DNA of 55,364 nt, taken from the NCBI GenBank assembly GCA_034660675.1, contig JAYEJT010000074.1:1-55364 (forward strand), read 5' to 3'. A program made the position numbers and the translations under genes. The notes beneath the pieces are model-generated. The model saw only the letters and a program-made list of their open reading frames with translations. It searched no databases and was not told the origin of the DNA. The DNA comes from Elusimicrobiota bacterium (GTDB lineage Bacteria; CG03). Shown here piece by piece: positions 1 through 9,367 of this stretch (position 1 is its first letter; each line of letters begins with the position of its first letter).

Positions 1-100
1 TACCTGTTTCCGATGCCGAAGAAATTGATATAGACACGGAAACGGCAATGAGGATTATCGCGTCAGGGGGTATGATAAAGTGAAGAGGAAGTGTTTCCAA

Positions 101-129
101 TTGACAATTTTTGAACAAATGGTATAATT
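101..129 (+). promoter_or_regulatory. sigma70-like promoter (-35 TTGACA 101-106, 17-nt spacer, -10 TATAAT 124-129) ending 6 nt before the pilM ATG
   Basis: Perfect consensus hexamers read directly. The predicted TSS coincides with the ATG at 136, which implies a leaderless mRNA. No SD sequence is present. Confidence 0.5.
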
Positions 130-135
130 CAGGCT

Positions 136-1278
136 ATGGCTATTGATATAAAATCTATCATAGGGAAGCTCACCGCTATTCACAAGGGCGGTGACATTAT
201 CGGCGTTGACTTCGGCCGGTCATCTGTAAAGGTGGCGAAACTCAAAAAGGCCGGGGATAAATATGCGCTTGATTTCTGCGGTGTGCTGCCTGTTGCCGCA
301 GCTTCTGCCGGAGCTGAGGTAACGGAAGAGGAAATTGATTCTACAGTAAAGGCTGTTAAAACTTTTTTAAATTCCAATTCTGTGAAGTCGGGCGTGGGCG
401 CAGCAGCGGTTATGGGAAATTTTGTTATTGTCAGATATGTGAAATTTCCGAAGATGTCCAATGACGAGCTCGCGAAGAGTTTACGATTTGAAGCCGAGGA
501 ATTTATCCCCTTTGACATAACGGATGTTTATCTGTCCACTTCTATAATAAAGGATATTGAAGAAGAGGGGCAGCCCAAAATGGAAGCTGTCCTCGTGGCT
601 GCGAAAAAAGACATTGTGGATACGCGTATAAGCATGATGAAAAGAGCCGGACTCGATCCGCTTATAATAGATGTGGACGGTTTCTGTGTCAATAATGTCT
701 ATGAATACTGTTATCCCGATTTTGCGGAAAGCAACATCATGTTTCTAAATGTGGGAGCTTCCATGACAACGTTGTCAATAACCGAGCACGGCGTTGTGCG
801 TGTTGTCAGGGATATTCCTTTCAGCGGTAACGGCCTTACCAATCTTGTGATGAATGTTTTTGCCAGTGATTTTTCTCAGGCGGAAGCGCTTAAAAGGCAG
901 TATGGAATAGTGCCGTCGGCTGAAATGGAAACAATGTCCGACGCGGAAACAGCCGAGCAGGTAACATCGGCGCTCATTCAGGGCGTTGATGAGCAGCTGC
1001 ATGTGGAAATGCAGAGATCCCTGGATTATTTTAACACAATATCAAATTCTTCGGAGGAAATCAGCAAGATTGTGCTTTCCGGCGGCGGAGCGATGTTGAA
1101 AAATCTGGATAAATATCTTAACAGGCAGATGGATATACCCGTGGAAGTGTTTAACCCTCTTGATTTTATAGAGCATGCGGATGATCCTGAACTGCTCAAA
1201 AACGCGCCGGCATATGCTGTGGCAATAGGCTTGGCGCTGAGAAAAGCAGGGGATTCTTCGGCTATCAGGGCGGTATAA
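136..1278 (+). CDS. pilM: Type IV pilus assembly protein PilM (actin-like ATPase fold)
   Basis: 380 aa. The N-terminal GVDFGRSSVKVAKL matches the PilM/FtsA-like GxDxGxxxxK start. The gene heads a pilMNOPQ array. Confidence 0.85.
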   Translation: MAIDIKSIIGKLTAIHKGGDIIGVDFGRSSVKVAKLKKAGDKYALDFCGVLPVAAASAGAEVTEEEIDSTVKAVKTFLNSNSVKSGVGAAAVMGNFVIVRYVKFPKMSNDELAKSLRFEAEEFIPFDITDVYLSTSIIKDIEEEGQPKMEAVLVAAKKDIVDTRISMMKRAGLDPLIIDVDGFCVNNVYEYCYPDFAESNIMFLNVGASMTTLSITEHGVVRVVRDIPFSGNGLTNLVMNVFASDFSQAEALKRQYGIVPSAEMETMSDAETAEQVTSALIQGVDEQLHVEMQRSLDYFNTISNSSEEISKIVLSGGGAMLKNLDKYLNRQMDIPVEVFNPLDFIEHADDPELLKNAPAYAVAIGLALRKAGDSSAIRAV

Positions 1279-1856
1279 TGATAAGAATAAATCTGCTTCC
1301 GCAGGAGATAGAAAAAAAAGCCATTGCGCAGCGGCGGATGATTCTTGCCGTGTCTGCCGGAGTGCTGGTTGTTGTCGTGTTTATCGGTATTTATCTTCTG
1401 AGGGTGGCGAAAATAACGGCACTCAAATCCGAGTTTAAAAAGGTCCGGATAGAATTGAAAAAATATGATGCGGCCCTTGCGAAAGTGCGGAAAATAGAAG
1501 CCGAAAAAAAGCGCCTTGAAAACCAGCTGAATGTTATAACCAGTCTCATAGAATCAAGGCTGGATTATCCCGTGATGATGGAGGTTATCACGCGAAGCGA
1601 ATTTTTGCCGTCGAATGCTAAAATAAACACTTTTTCCGCGACTTCCGCGGCAGGGGGCATAAAATTTGGTTTTACCGTGGAAGCTGCTGATAACTATTCG
1701 GTGGCGGATGTGCTCACCAATCTGGAAAAATCCCCCCGCTTTAAGGATGTGAAAGTGAGCGGTTTTTCCTCTGTGGGAGCTTCGGGGCCGGGGGTGTCGG
1801 CTCCGCGAAACATGTCTGTTACATGTGTGTACACACCGGAAAGGAGCAAAAAATAA
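1278..1856 (+). CDS. pilN: Type IV pilus assembly protein PilN
   Basis: The protein begins MIRINLLPQE, the classic PilN INLLP motif. It has a single N-terminal TM helix. Its start overlaps the pilM stop (ATAATG). Confidence 0.8.
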   Translation: MIRINLLPQEIEKKAIAQRRMILAVSAGVLVVVVFIGIYLLRVAKITALKSEFKKVRIELKKYDAALAKVRKIEAEKKRLENQLNVITSLIESRLDYPVMMEVITRSEFLPSNAKINTFSATSAAGGIKFGFTVEAADNYSVADVLTNLEKSPRFKDVKVSGFSSVGASGPGVSAPRNMSVTCVYTPERSKK

Positions 1857-2405
1857 ATGGCTGAAGCCCAACCCGTTCCGAAAGAACAAAAAGTCGTTCT
1901 GGTCGTGCTGGCCCTTGTGGGGCTTTTTATGTTTTATAAAAAAGCTTATATGCCTCAGGGAAAGCAGATAAAAGACCTGACCAAGAAAATAGAGGATACC
2001 AACAGGAAAATAGTTGATATAAAAAGAAAAGTCGCAAAGATGGCGCAGCTTGAAGCTGATTATGAGGTGTTGAAAACAAAGGTGGCGGCGGCGGAGAAGC
2101 AGCTTCCCAAATCCGAAGAATTGCCCGATCTCATAAGAAGCATAACAAAATTAGGTGCTAAACACGGCATAGAGATAGACAGCTGGCGTATCGGCTCGGT
2201 GCGCCCGCAACAGTATTATAAAGAGCACACCTATAGTTTTGCCGTAAATTCCAGTTATCACAAAGCGGCACAGTTTTTTGTTGATGTGTGTCAGCGGGAA
2301 AGAATAATGACGGTAAAAGACGTTAAGATTACTCCTTCTGCCGGTGCTGCGGGGAACAATATGGGCGTTAGTTTTACTTTGGTGGTCTACACATATAAGG
2401 GATGA
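1857..2405 (+). CDS. pilO: Type IV pilus assembly protein PilO
   Basis: N-terminal TM helix followed by coiled coil and a C-terminal periplasmic domain. The position between pilN and pilP supports the call. Confidence 0.65.
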   Translation: MAEAQPVPKEQKVVLVVLALVGLFMFYKKAYMPQGKQIKDLTKKIEDTNRKIVDIKRKVAKMAQLEADYEVLKTKVAAAEKQLPKSEELPDLIRSITKLGAKHGIEIDSWRIGSVRPQQYYKEHTYSFAVNSSYHKAAQFFVDVCQRERIMTVKDVKITPSAGAAGNNMGVSFTLVVYTYKG

Positions 2406-2409
2406 TGTT

Positions 2410-2913
2410 ATGGTAAAAATTTCCAGATTTTACGGTTTCCGCTGCGTTGTTTTTTTTGTTGTCTGCGCGGCGTTTGTTTCCTGCGGCAAAAAAAAGAAAC
2501 AGACGAGGGCGTACAAACCGCCGGTTAGAAAAGTGAAAAAAGTGAAAAAGCAGGAAGTGAAGAAACCGGAAAAATATGTTTATAAAGGATACAAAAACCG
2601 TAACCCGTTTTTTATAGTGGGTTCGGGCGGTTCATCCAGGCAGGCGGTTGATATGGAGGCTGTGTCCGCGGAAGCGTCCGGATTCAGATTGTCCGGTATA
2701 ATGACCGATGCCTCCGGTGTTAGATATGCCCTAATGTCTGACGCCTCAGGCGGAAGTTATATATTGAAAAACGGATGGCTCTATGATGTTGAAGGAAAAA
2801 GAGTTTCTTCCGTGACAGGTACCGTGTTTGAAAATAGAATTATAATTATATCAGGTACCACGATGAAAGAGCTAAAATTACCGGAAGATGGCATCTCTGC
2901 TAAACTGGAATAA
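2410..2913 (+). CDS. pilP: PilP-like lipoprotein
   Basis: ATG at 2410 is in frame with the tracked ORF 2344-2913. It has a signal peptide with lipobox-like FVSC, a lysine-rich linker and a C-terminal beta domain. It lies immediately upstream of the secretin region. Confidence 0.5.
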   Translation: MVKISRFYGFRCVVFFVVCAAFVSCGKKKKQTRAYKPPVRKVKKVKKQEVKKPEKYVYKGYKNRNPFFIVGSGGSSRQAVDMEAVSAEASGFRLSGIMTDASGVRYALMSDASGGSYILKNGWLYDVEGKRVSSVTGTVFENRIIIISGTTMKELKLPEDGISAKLE

Positions 2914-2933
2914 TTAGAATTATACGAATACCC

Positions 2934-2962
2934 TTGACAAACCCGCAAAATAGTATTAACAT
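2934..2962 (+). promoter_or_regulatory. Putative sigma70 promoter (-35 TTGACA 2934-2939; -10 TAACAT/TATTAA about 2954-2962) upstream of the HTH gene and pilQ
   Basis: Hexamers read in the pilP-HTH intergenic region. The downstream gene has a GGAGG-like SD (agagaggggggaag) before the ATG at 3007. Confidence 0.35.
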
Positions 2963-3006
2963 GTACTGAAGGTGTTTTGTGGTAAGATGAAAGAGAGGGG
3001 GGAAGT

Positions 3007-3192
3007 ATGGTGGTTAAAAAATATTTAAATGCCGGTGAGGTTGCCTCTTCGCTGGGAATATCCAAGCAGACCCTGATTAAATACGAGCAAAAAACGATAT
3101 TTCCAAAGCCGCGGAGAAACAATCTTAACGGCTGGAGGGAATATACGCTTGAGGAACTTGCTAAGCTGAAAAAAATAATGGGGAGGTCATAA
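3007..3192 (+). CDS. Small helix-turn-helix DNA-binding protein (MerR/excisionase-like HTH)
   Basis: 61 aa. The GEVASSLGISKQTLIKYE region is a typical HTH. It ends 1 nt before the pilQ ATG, so the two genes are co-transcribed. Confidence 0.45.
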   Translation: MVVKKYLNAGEVASSLGISKQTLIKYEQKTIFPKPRRNNLNGWREYTLEELAKLKKIMGRS

Positions 3193-5025
3193 ATGAAGAA
3201 TATTATAAAACACCGGTTTTTAAAAAACAGTGTAAGGGGGGCAGGCGCGGTTTTTGCCGTGTTTGTGCTGGCCGCGTCTTTTGTTTACGCCCAGGAATTT
3301 GAAAAAATCAAAGATGTAAACGCGAAAGCGGATTCGGCGGATAAGTTGACCGTTACGGTTGATATGAGCGCACCTGCGAATTATTATCTTTTTAAAATAT
3401 CTAATCCTCCGCGGCTGGTAATTGAGTTTACAAGCACGCTTGCGGCAACGGATAAAAAAGATATAAAAGTGAAGAACTGTTTTATCAAACAAATCAGGGT
3501 CGGACAATATAAGGATAAACCCATAAAAATAGCGCGCATAGTTTTGGATCTGCCGTCGGCAGAAGTTTATTATGACGCTCTTGCCGCGGGAGATCAGGTG
3601 ATTGTGTCCGTTTCGTCTAAATCCGACAAAGCTGTTGTTAAAATGCCGGCGGTAATAAAGAGACGGAAAAAAACCGCGGTAAAAAAAATACCGGCTATTG
3701 AGAGAAACGTTCCCACCGCTGATCACAAAAATAAAATAAAGGAAATAAAAATCGCCGGTGAAACCGTTGCTCCCGCAGCAGAAGCTGTTGAGGAAGAGAG
3801 CGTTGGAAAGGTGAGCACTCATGGAGGAGTTCTTCAGATAAGCAAAAAAATAATATCCATGAATTTTTATCAGACAGATATAAGAACTATACTGAGAGCC
3901 GTTTCGGATCAGACCGGAATTAACATAATATACGGCCCTGATGTACAGGGTAATGTTACGCTTAAATTAAAAGATGTCACCTTTGATGACGCATTGAGAA
4001 TAATGCTCAAAATGTCCGGTCTTGTCGTTGAAAAGGAGGCGGATAACATCATAAGGATTATTACGCCCCAGGCGCTGAAAGACGAGCGTTCCCGTTCGGT
4101 GCAGTTCACAAGGGTGCTGCCGCTTAAATACACCCGCGCGGAAGACATAAAAACGCAGTTGTCATCTATAAAAGTGGAGGGCATCACGGCCACAATAGGT
4201 GAGGATCCTCTCACAAACAGCATTGTGCTCACAACAACGCCTGAGGGCATAGCAAAATATCAGGAGCTTATAAGCATTTTTGATGTGAAACCCAGGCAGG
4301 TGCTGATAGAGGCGAGTATTATGGAAGTGGATTATTATGACGGCCTGGATCTGGGCATATCATGGCAGTCCAGCGGTTTTAACGTCTATAACAAAGATGC
4401 CAATAACCTGGTTCAGGGAGCTATACAGAACAGTCCCGCCGCAACGCCGGGTGCGGGTGGCCGTCCTGCTCTAAACTCGTCGTCAGTGGGTCTTTCGTTA
4501 GCCGTGGGAGGTTTGATAAACTCAAATCAGTTCAGCGCGTTGATAGAGGCTCTTCAACAGAAAAGCAAAGCCAAGACTTTGGCAAAACCCAAGATTGTAA
4601 CCATGAATAATGAAAAGGCGACCATAATGTCCGGTGATCAGGTGCCTTTTTCCCAGACGACCGTTACCACCGCGGGCTCCACTCAGTCAACCATGTTTAC
4701 GGATGTGGGGATTCAGCTTGAAGTGACGCCCACCATACATTCTGATGAATATGTCACCCTTGAGGTGAAGCCCACCGTGAGTTCTTATAAAATGTCCACA
4801 GCAGGGCCCATTATAACAACAAGGGAAACGGACACCAAGGTTATGGTTAAAAGTAATGAAACGGTTGTTATAGGCGGTCTCATAAACGAGGCCGATCTTG
4901 AGGCCGTGGATCAGATGCCCATTTTAGGAGATCTGCCGATAATAGGGTATCTCTTTAAAAGACATCAGTCCTCAAAGGACAGGGTTGAGCTTCTTGTCTT
5001 CCTGAAACCGGTTATTCTTGACTGA
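3193..5025 (+). CDS. pilQ: Type IV pilus secretin PilQ
   Basis: 610 aa with a signal peptide and N-terminal AMIN-like region. The C-terminal secretin domain carries LAKPKIVTMNNEKATI...VVIGGL...MPILGDLPIIGYLFK. Confidence 0.9.
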   Translation: MKNIIKHRFLKNSVRGAGAVFAVFVLAASFVYAQEFEKIKDVNAKADSADKLTVTVDMSAPANYYLFKISNPPRLVIEFTSTLAATDKKDIKVKNCFIKQIRVGQYKDKPIKIARIVLDLPSAEVYYDALAAGDQVIVSVSSKSDKAVVKMPAVIKRRKKTAVKKIPAIERNVPTADHKNKIKEIKIAGETVAPAAEAVEEESVGKVSTHGGVLQISKKIISMNFYQTDIRTILRAVSDQTGINIIYGPDVQGNVTLKLKDVTFDDALRIMLKMSGLVVEKEADNIIRIITPQALKDERSRSVQFTRVLPLKYTRAEDIKTQLSSIKVEGITATIGEDPLTNSIVLTTTPEGIAKYQELISIFDVKPRQVLIEASIMEVDYYDGLDLGISWQSSGFNVYNKDANNLVQGAIQNSPAATPGAGGRPALNSSSVGLSLAVGGLINSNQFSALIEALQQKSKAKTLAKPKIVTMNNEKATIMSGDQVPFSQTTVTTAGSTQSTMFTDVGIQLEVTPTIHSDEYVTLEVKPTVSSYKMSTAGPIITTRETDTKVMVKSNETVVIGGLINEADLEAVDQMPILGDLPIIGYLFKRHQSSKDRVELLVFLKPVILD

Positions 5026-5048
5026 ATGCCGGCCGGGTTAAAAATCTG

Positions 5049-5648
5049 ATGGATGCCGCCCAGATACAGGAAGCCAAGGTTTTGCGCGAAGCCGGTATGT
5101 TTACCGAAGCCGCGGAATTTTATCTCAGAATACTTAAGCAGAATCCGGCTGATAAACTGGCGAAACTCGGCTACGCAAAATCCCTGGTGAAGCAGGGGCA
5201 GAAAGAAAATATCAAGCCGCTGCTTTTGAGGGCCGAAAGAAAGTTGTTTGAGCTTATAACGGAAGATTACACTTTTGAACAGGGGCATGATGATCTTATT
5301 TTTCTGAGTCATTATCTCAATCACATGGACAGTCTGTCAAAATATTACCATGAAAAACTTATGCAGCATCCGGGGCGGGCCATATATGCCCAATGTATAA
5401 AAAAAATATCAGCCACCGCGATGCTGACAATTCCCGATACAGAGGCTTCGGGTAAAAAACACAAAACGCCGTTTTTGCTGCGTCTCATTTTTCATAGTTT
5501 TATTCTGACTCTTTGCGGCATGCTCGTTTTGAGTCTTACGATGGACAAATTCAGCAACTTATTTGTTCCGTGCGCGCTTGCGCTGACACTTTTTATAGGG
5601 GCGGGGGTATACAGTTATATGAATAAACCCCGCTCCGGTCAGTGGTAA
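5049..5648 (+). CDS. TPR-repeat protein with C-terminal transmembrane helices (hypothetical)
   Basis: N-terminal TPR-like helices (FTEAAEFYLRILKQNP) and a hydrophobic C-terminal half. It lies downstream of pilQ. Confidence 0.4.
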   Translation: MDAAQIQEAKVLREAGMFTEAAEFYLRILKQNPADKLAKLGYAKSLVKQGQKENIKPLLLRAERKLFELITEDYTFEQGHDDLIFLSHYLNHMDSLSKYYHEKLMQHPGRAIYAQCIKKISATAMLTIPDTEASGKKHKTPFLLRLIFHSFILTLCGMLVLSLTMDKFSNLFVPCALALTLFIGAGVYSYMNKPRSGQW

Positions 5649-6970
5649 TCTTACTTTTTCCGGCGGTGGCGCCGGCGCTTTTTTTTATTTACGATTTATG
5701 GGCGGTGATGCTGGCAATGGTTGTTTCTTTGCCGTTTGTGTTTAAAAAGCACGTATTTTCTCCTGTGTTCGCGTGGATTTTATTTTTTATTTTCTCCGGA
5801 ATTTTTGTTTCCGCACGCTCTGCAGCGTCTTTTGACAGTTTTACCTTTGTTCTTCAAAGTGTTCTTTATGCGGTGTTTTTTATCGCGGGTACGCAATCTT
5901 CCGGGAAACTTTGCCTCATACCTCTGGCGGCGCTGGCTATTATGCCTTTTTTTTCCGCATCCAATATCAATCCGAATATTGTTTCATCTTACACCGGACT
6001 TTTGTTTGTGCTGCTTATGATTTCCCCGGCCCCCAAAAAACTAAAATATATTATAGGAGCGGGATCTCTTTTTTTTATTTTTCGTAACGGTTCATGGACG
6101 GTTATTTTTGCGATAGGAGCGGCAGCGGCTCTGACTGTGAAAAAGAAATATCTGCTGTTTGCGATTCTGGCGGGAATAGCTGCGGCGGCGTTCAATCCCG
6201 GCTCAGTTATGGATAGATTCTTCTGGTGGTCGGAGTCTGTGAGAATTTTTGCGGCAAATCCTCAGGGCATAGGTTTTTTTGCATCAAAATACCATCTTGC
6301 GGCGACTTCTGCGCAGAACACGATTTTTGCTCACAGTTTTTTTCTTCAGCTTCTTGCCGAAGGCGGAATCTTGTGTCTGATACCCGTTATTTTCGTCGTG
6401 AGCTGTTTGTTTAAAAACAAAAAAGAAGGGGCGTATGATTTTGCTCTTTACGCCGTTCTTATGCTCGGTGTTCTGGATTTGTCATATCACATCACCGCGC
6501 ACGGGATGATAGGGGCTTTTATTGCAGGCCTCACTCAGCGAACCCCTGATGTGAGGGGGAAAGCCGTCAGAATATACTCTGCCGTTTTTAAGGCCTTGTT
6601 TGTTTTTGCGCTTGCTCTAGGGTTTGTTATGTTTTATAATTCCCGCGTGCTCACCGCGGGGGCCCGTATCCTTTTTTCCGGCGATGCCGCGGCCGCGTCG
6701 GAAAAATTCGCTGAAGCCTGTGATTATCCCGCTTATCCCGCCCTGCTGTCGGCAAAAGCCGCAGCTTACAGTGTTGTCGCGGAAAAAGAGGGTATATCTG
6801 ATTTTAGAAAAAAAAGTTTTGCGCTTCAGGAAAAAGCTCTTCCGGCGAAGGTCTTAAAAATACCGGCTTACAGGGATTTCGACGCTGCCCGTAAAACCGG
6901 TGATTTGGGGCTTCTCAGAAATTCCTGTATGAAAATACTTTTTTTAAACGGCGTCAGGCCCGGCCGCTAA
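5642..6970 (+). CDS. O-antigen ligase-like (Wzy_C) polytopic membrane protein with C-terminal TPR-like tail
   Basis: GTG start overlaps the previous stop. It has at least 10 TM segments and the Wzy_C-type motif FAHSFFLQLLAEGGI. The C-terminal 100 aa are soluble and helical. Confidence 0.5.
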   Translation: MVILLFPAVAPALFFIYDLWAVMLAMVVSLPFVFKKHVFSPVFAWILFFIFSGIFVSARSAASFDSFTFVLQSVLYAVFFIAGTQSSGKLCLIPLAALAIMPFFSASNINPNIVSSYTGLLFVLLMISPAPKKLKYIIGAGSLFFIFRNGSWTVIFAIGAAAALTVKKKYLLFAILAGIAAAAFNPGSVMDRFFWWSESVRIFAANPQGIGFFASKYHLAATSAQNTIFAHSFFLQLLAEGGILCLIPVIFVVSCLFKNKKEGAYDFALYAVLMLGVLDLSYHITAHGMIGAFIAGLTQRTPDVRGKAVRIYSAVFKALFVFALALGFVMFYNSRVLTAGARILFSGDAAAASEKFAEACDYPAYPALLSAKAAAYSVVAEKEGISDFRKKSFALQEKALPAKVLKIPAYRDFDAARKTGDLGLLRNSCMKILFLNGVRPGR

Positions 6971-6972
6971 GA

Positions 6973-7144
6973 TATATTAGGATAATCAGTTTTCTCGCGA
7001 TATAGGAAATTTTAGGCAAAAACAATCGTTAAAAAATTACGCTTGTTTGACCCCGCTGAGAAGCGGGGGAGTTGCGTAATTTTAGATTTTTTTGCCGTAA
7101 AAAAATTTCCGTCAAGCGAAAAACTGATTATCCTAATATAAATA
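6973..7144. repeat. About 170-bp element bounded by 21-bp perfect terminal inverted repeats (tatattaggataatcagtttt / aaaactgattatcctaatata) with nested internal palindromes; MITE-like or an extended bidirectional terminator
   Basis: Read directly. The outer inverted repeat is at 6973-6993 and 7123-7143. The inner pair is ttacgc...gcgtaa around a gaccccgct-gagaa-gcgggggag hairpin. The element sits between convergent genes. Confidence 0.45.
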
Positions 7145-7155
7145 AGGTGAGTGAA

Positions 7156-8067
7156 TTATTTTTTTGACAGTTTGAAATAGACGAGGGGGCTTGCTATAAA
7201 TATTGAAGAGTATGTTCCCACAATGATGCCGATGAAAAGTGAGAGGGCAAAACTGTGAATTATTTCTCCTCCGAAAACGAGCAGGCAAATAACCACCGCA
7301 GTTGTTGTCAGCGATGTTATAAGCGTGCGGGAAAGAGTTTGCTTTATTGAGCTGTTGAAAATGGCAGAAGTTTTTTGACGCTGCGCTTTCCTGAGGTTTT
7401 CGCGGATTCTGTCGTAAATAACAATGGTGTCGTTGACAGAATAGCCGGCTATAAAAAGAAGCGATGTTACCACGATCAGGTCAACGGTTGTTCCCAGCGC
7501 GGCCAGTATGCCGAAGGTTATAAGGACATCGTGAATGATGGCTCCGACTGCCGCGAAACCCCATATGCTCCCCTTAAAGCGCAGCGCGACATAGAGGATG
7601 ATTCCCAGGAGAGCCCCCCCGAAAGCGGATGCGGCGGCCTTTTTAAGGAATTTTCCGACAACCGGCCCCACCATTTCAAAACGTTCAATCACAACTTTAT
7701 TTTTCGGATATTCCTTTTTGAATTTGGCAGATATATCCGCGCTTAAATTTTTCATTTCGTCCGATTGGGAAAATTTTAGAATAAAAATTCTTGCGCCCGG
7801 GACTTCCTGTATCACGGGTTTGTATTCTGAAAAGGTTTTACGGAGTTTGGAAATGTCCGCCGGTTTTTCAAATTTTATCTGAGCAACGGTGCCGCCTGTA
7901 AAATCTATTCCCCAGTTTATGCCTTTCATAAGGCTCGCTGCCGCAAAAATTATAAGAAGCGCGGATGCCGTGAAAGCCGGTTTGCTCATCCCCGTGAAAT
8001 TAATTTCTTTCTTTAAACTCATATTGACACCTTTTCGATGGTTTTTCCGAACAGCAGCGCGTCCCAC
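7156..8067 (-). CDS. secF: Protein translocase subunit SecF
   Basis: 303 aa with a 6-TM topology and typical SecF motifs (GIDFTGG, TVDLIVVTS). It lies downstream of secD. Confidence 0.9.
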   Translation of the reverse strand: MGRAAVRKNHRKGVNMSLKKEINFTGMSKPAFTASALLIIFAAASLMKGINWGIDFTGGTVAQIKFEKPADISKLRKTFSEYKPVIQEVPGARIFILKFSQSDEMKNLSADISAKFKKEYPKNKVVIERFEMVGPVVGKFLKKAAASAFGGALLGIILYVALRFKGSIWGFAAVGAIIHDVLITFGILAALGTTVDLIVVTSLLFIAGYSVNDTIVIYDRIRENLRKAQRQKTSAIFNSSIKQTLSRTLITSLTTTAVVICLLVFGGEIIHSFALSLFIGIIVGTYSSIFIASPLVYFKLSKK

Positions 8068-9344
8068 AGCGTGTGGGTCACAAATATCGCCGTAAACATA
8101 CTGGCCATAATTCCGAGGCTGAGCGTTACCGCGAAGCCTTTGATGGGACCCGAACCGAACTGGAACAGAAAGGCGGCCGCAATCAGCGTGGTTATGTTGG
8201 CGTCGAGAATTGTGCTGAAGGCTTTTTCATAACCGGAATCTATGGCGACAAGCGGTGTTTTGCCGGCGGATATTTCTTCCCGTATTCTTGAAAAGATAAG
8301 GACATTGGCGTCAACAGCCATTCCTATCGTGAGCACGAGTCCGGCAATACCCGGGAGGGTAAGGGTTGCTCCGGCTGCCACCATAACGGCGGAAATTATA
8401 AGAAAATTCATCAGCAGCGCCATATCGGCAAGCAGTCCCGCTTTTTTGTAATAAACAGGCATAAAAAGACAGACCGCCAGGAAACCTATGAGCGTGGCCA
8501 TTGTCCCTTTTTTGATGGAATCGCTTCCGAGGGAAGGCCCTATTGTCCTGTTTTCTATTATTTTTACCGGAGCCGGAAGAGCTCCCGCCCTCAGTACAAT
8601 CGCCAGATATTTTGCTTCCTCCATGGAGAACATGCCTTCTATAATGGCCTTTCCGTTGGGAATGCGGCTTTTTATTACGGGGGCCGACTGCACAACATTG
8701 TCAAGGACAATGGCAAGCTGCCTGTTTATATTCGCGCCCGTGATGGATGCGAATTGAGAAGCGCCTTCTTTTGTGAATTCAAGCGCGATGTGGGGAAGAT
8801 TGTAGGCCCCTCCTATTTCAACATGGGCGTTTTTAAGAGCGGCTCCCGTTATTTCGGCGGTCTTTTTTACTATTATGGAACCGCCTGATTTTCTTTCAAG
8901 AAGCTCAAACCCTTCCGGAATATTTTCAGTGTCTGCATTTTTATCATCTGCGAGTTTGAATTCAAGGAGCGCTGTTTTTCCCACGATGTCAATGGCTTTT
9001 TGAGGGTCTTTTATCCCCGGCAGCTGTACGACGATCCATTTCTCGCCCTGACTCACTATAAGAGGTTCGGAAACACCGAACTGATCGATTCTGTTCCGTA
9101 TTATCTCCAGAGCGCGGGAAACAAGATCTTCTCTGTCGTCCTCCGGCACCTTGTCTGTTTGAACTTCCAGCAGCAGTCTGACTCCACCCTGAAGATCCAG
9201 TCCGAGCCTCAGTATTTTCTGTTGTGCGGATTCGTAGAAATCAGTTTTTTTTGAATATGCGCGGAAAGAAGGTATAAGATAATAAACAGAAGCTCCGATA
9301 ACGCAGAGGATAAAAATTATTTTGTATTGTAATTTTCGCGGCAT
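8019..9344 (-). CDS. secD: Protein translocase subunit SecD
   Basis: 441 aa with a large periplasmic domain and a C-terminal RND-like TM bundle ([35 protein letters not shown]). Confidence 0.9.
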   Translation of the reverse strand: [441 protein letters not shown]

Positions 9345-9367
9345 GGTTTTTAATTAAAGAAAGAACG

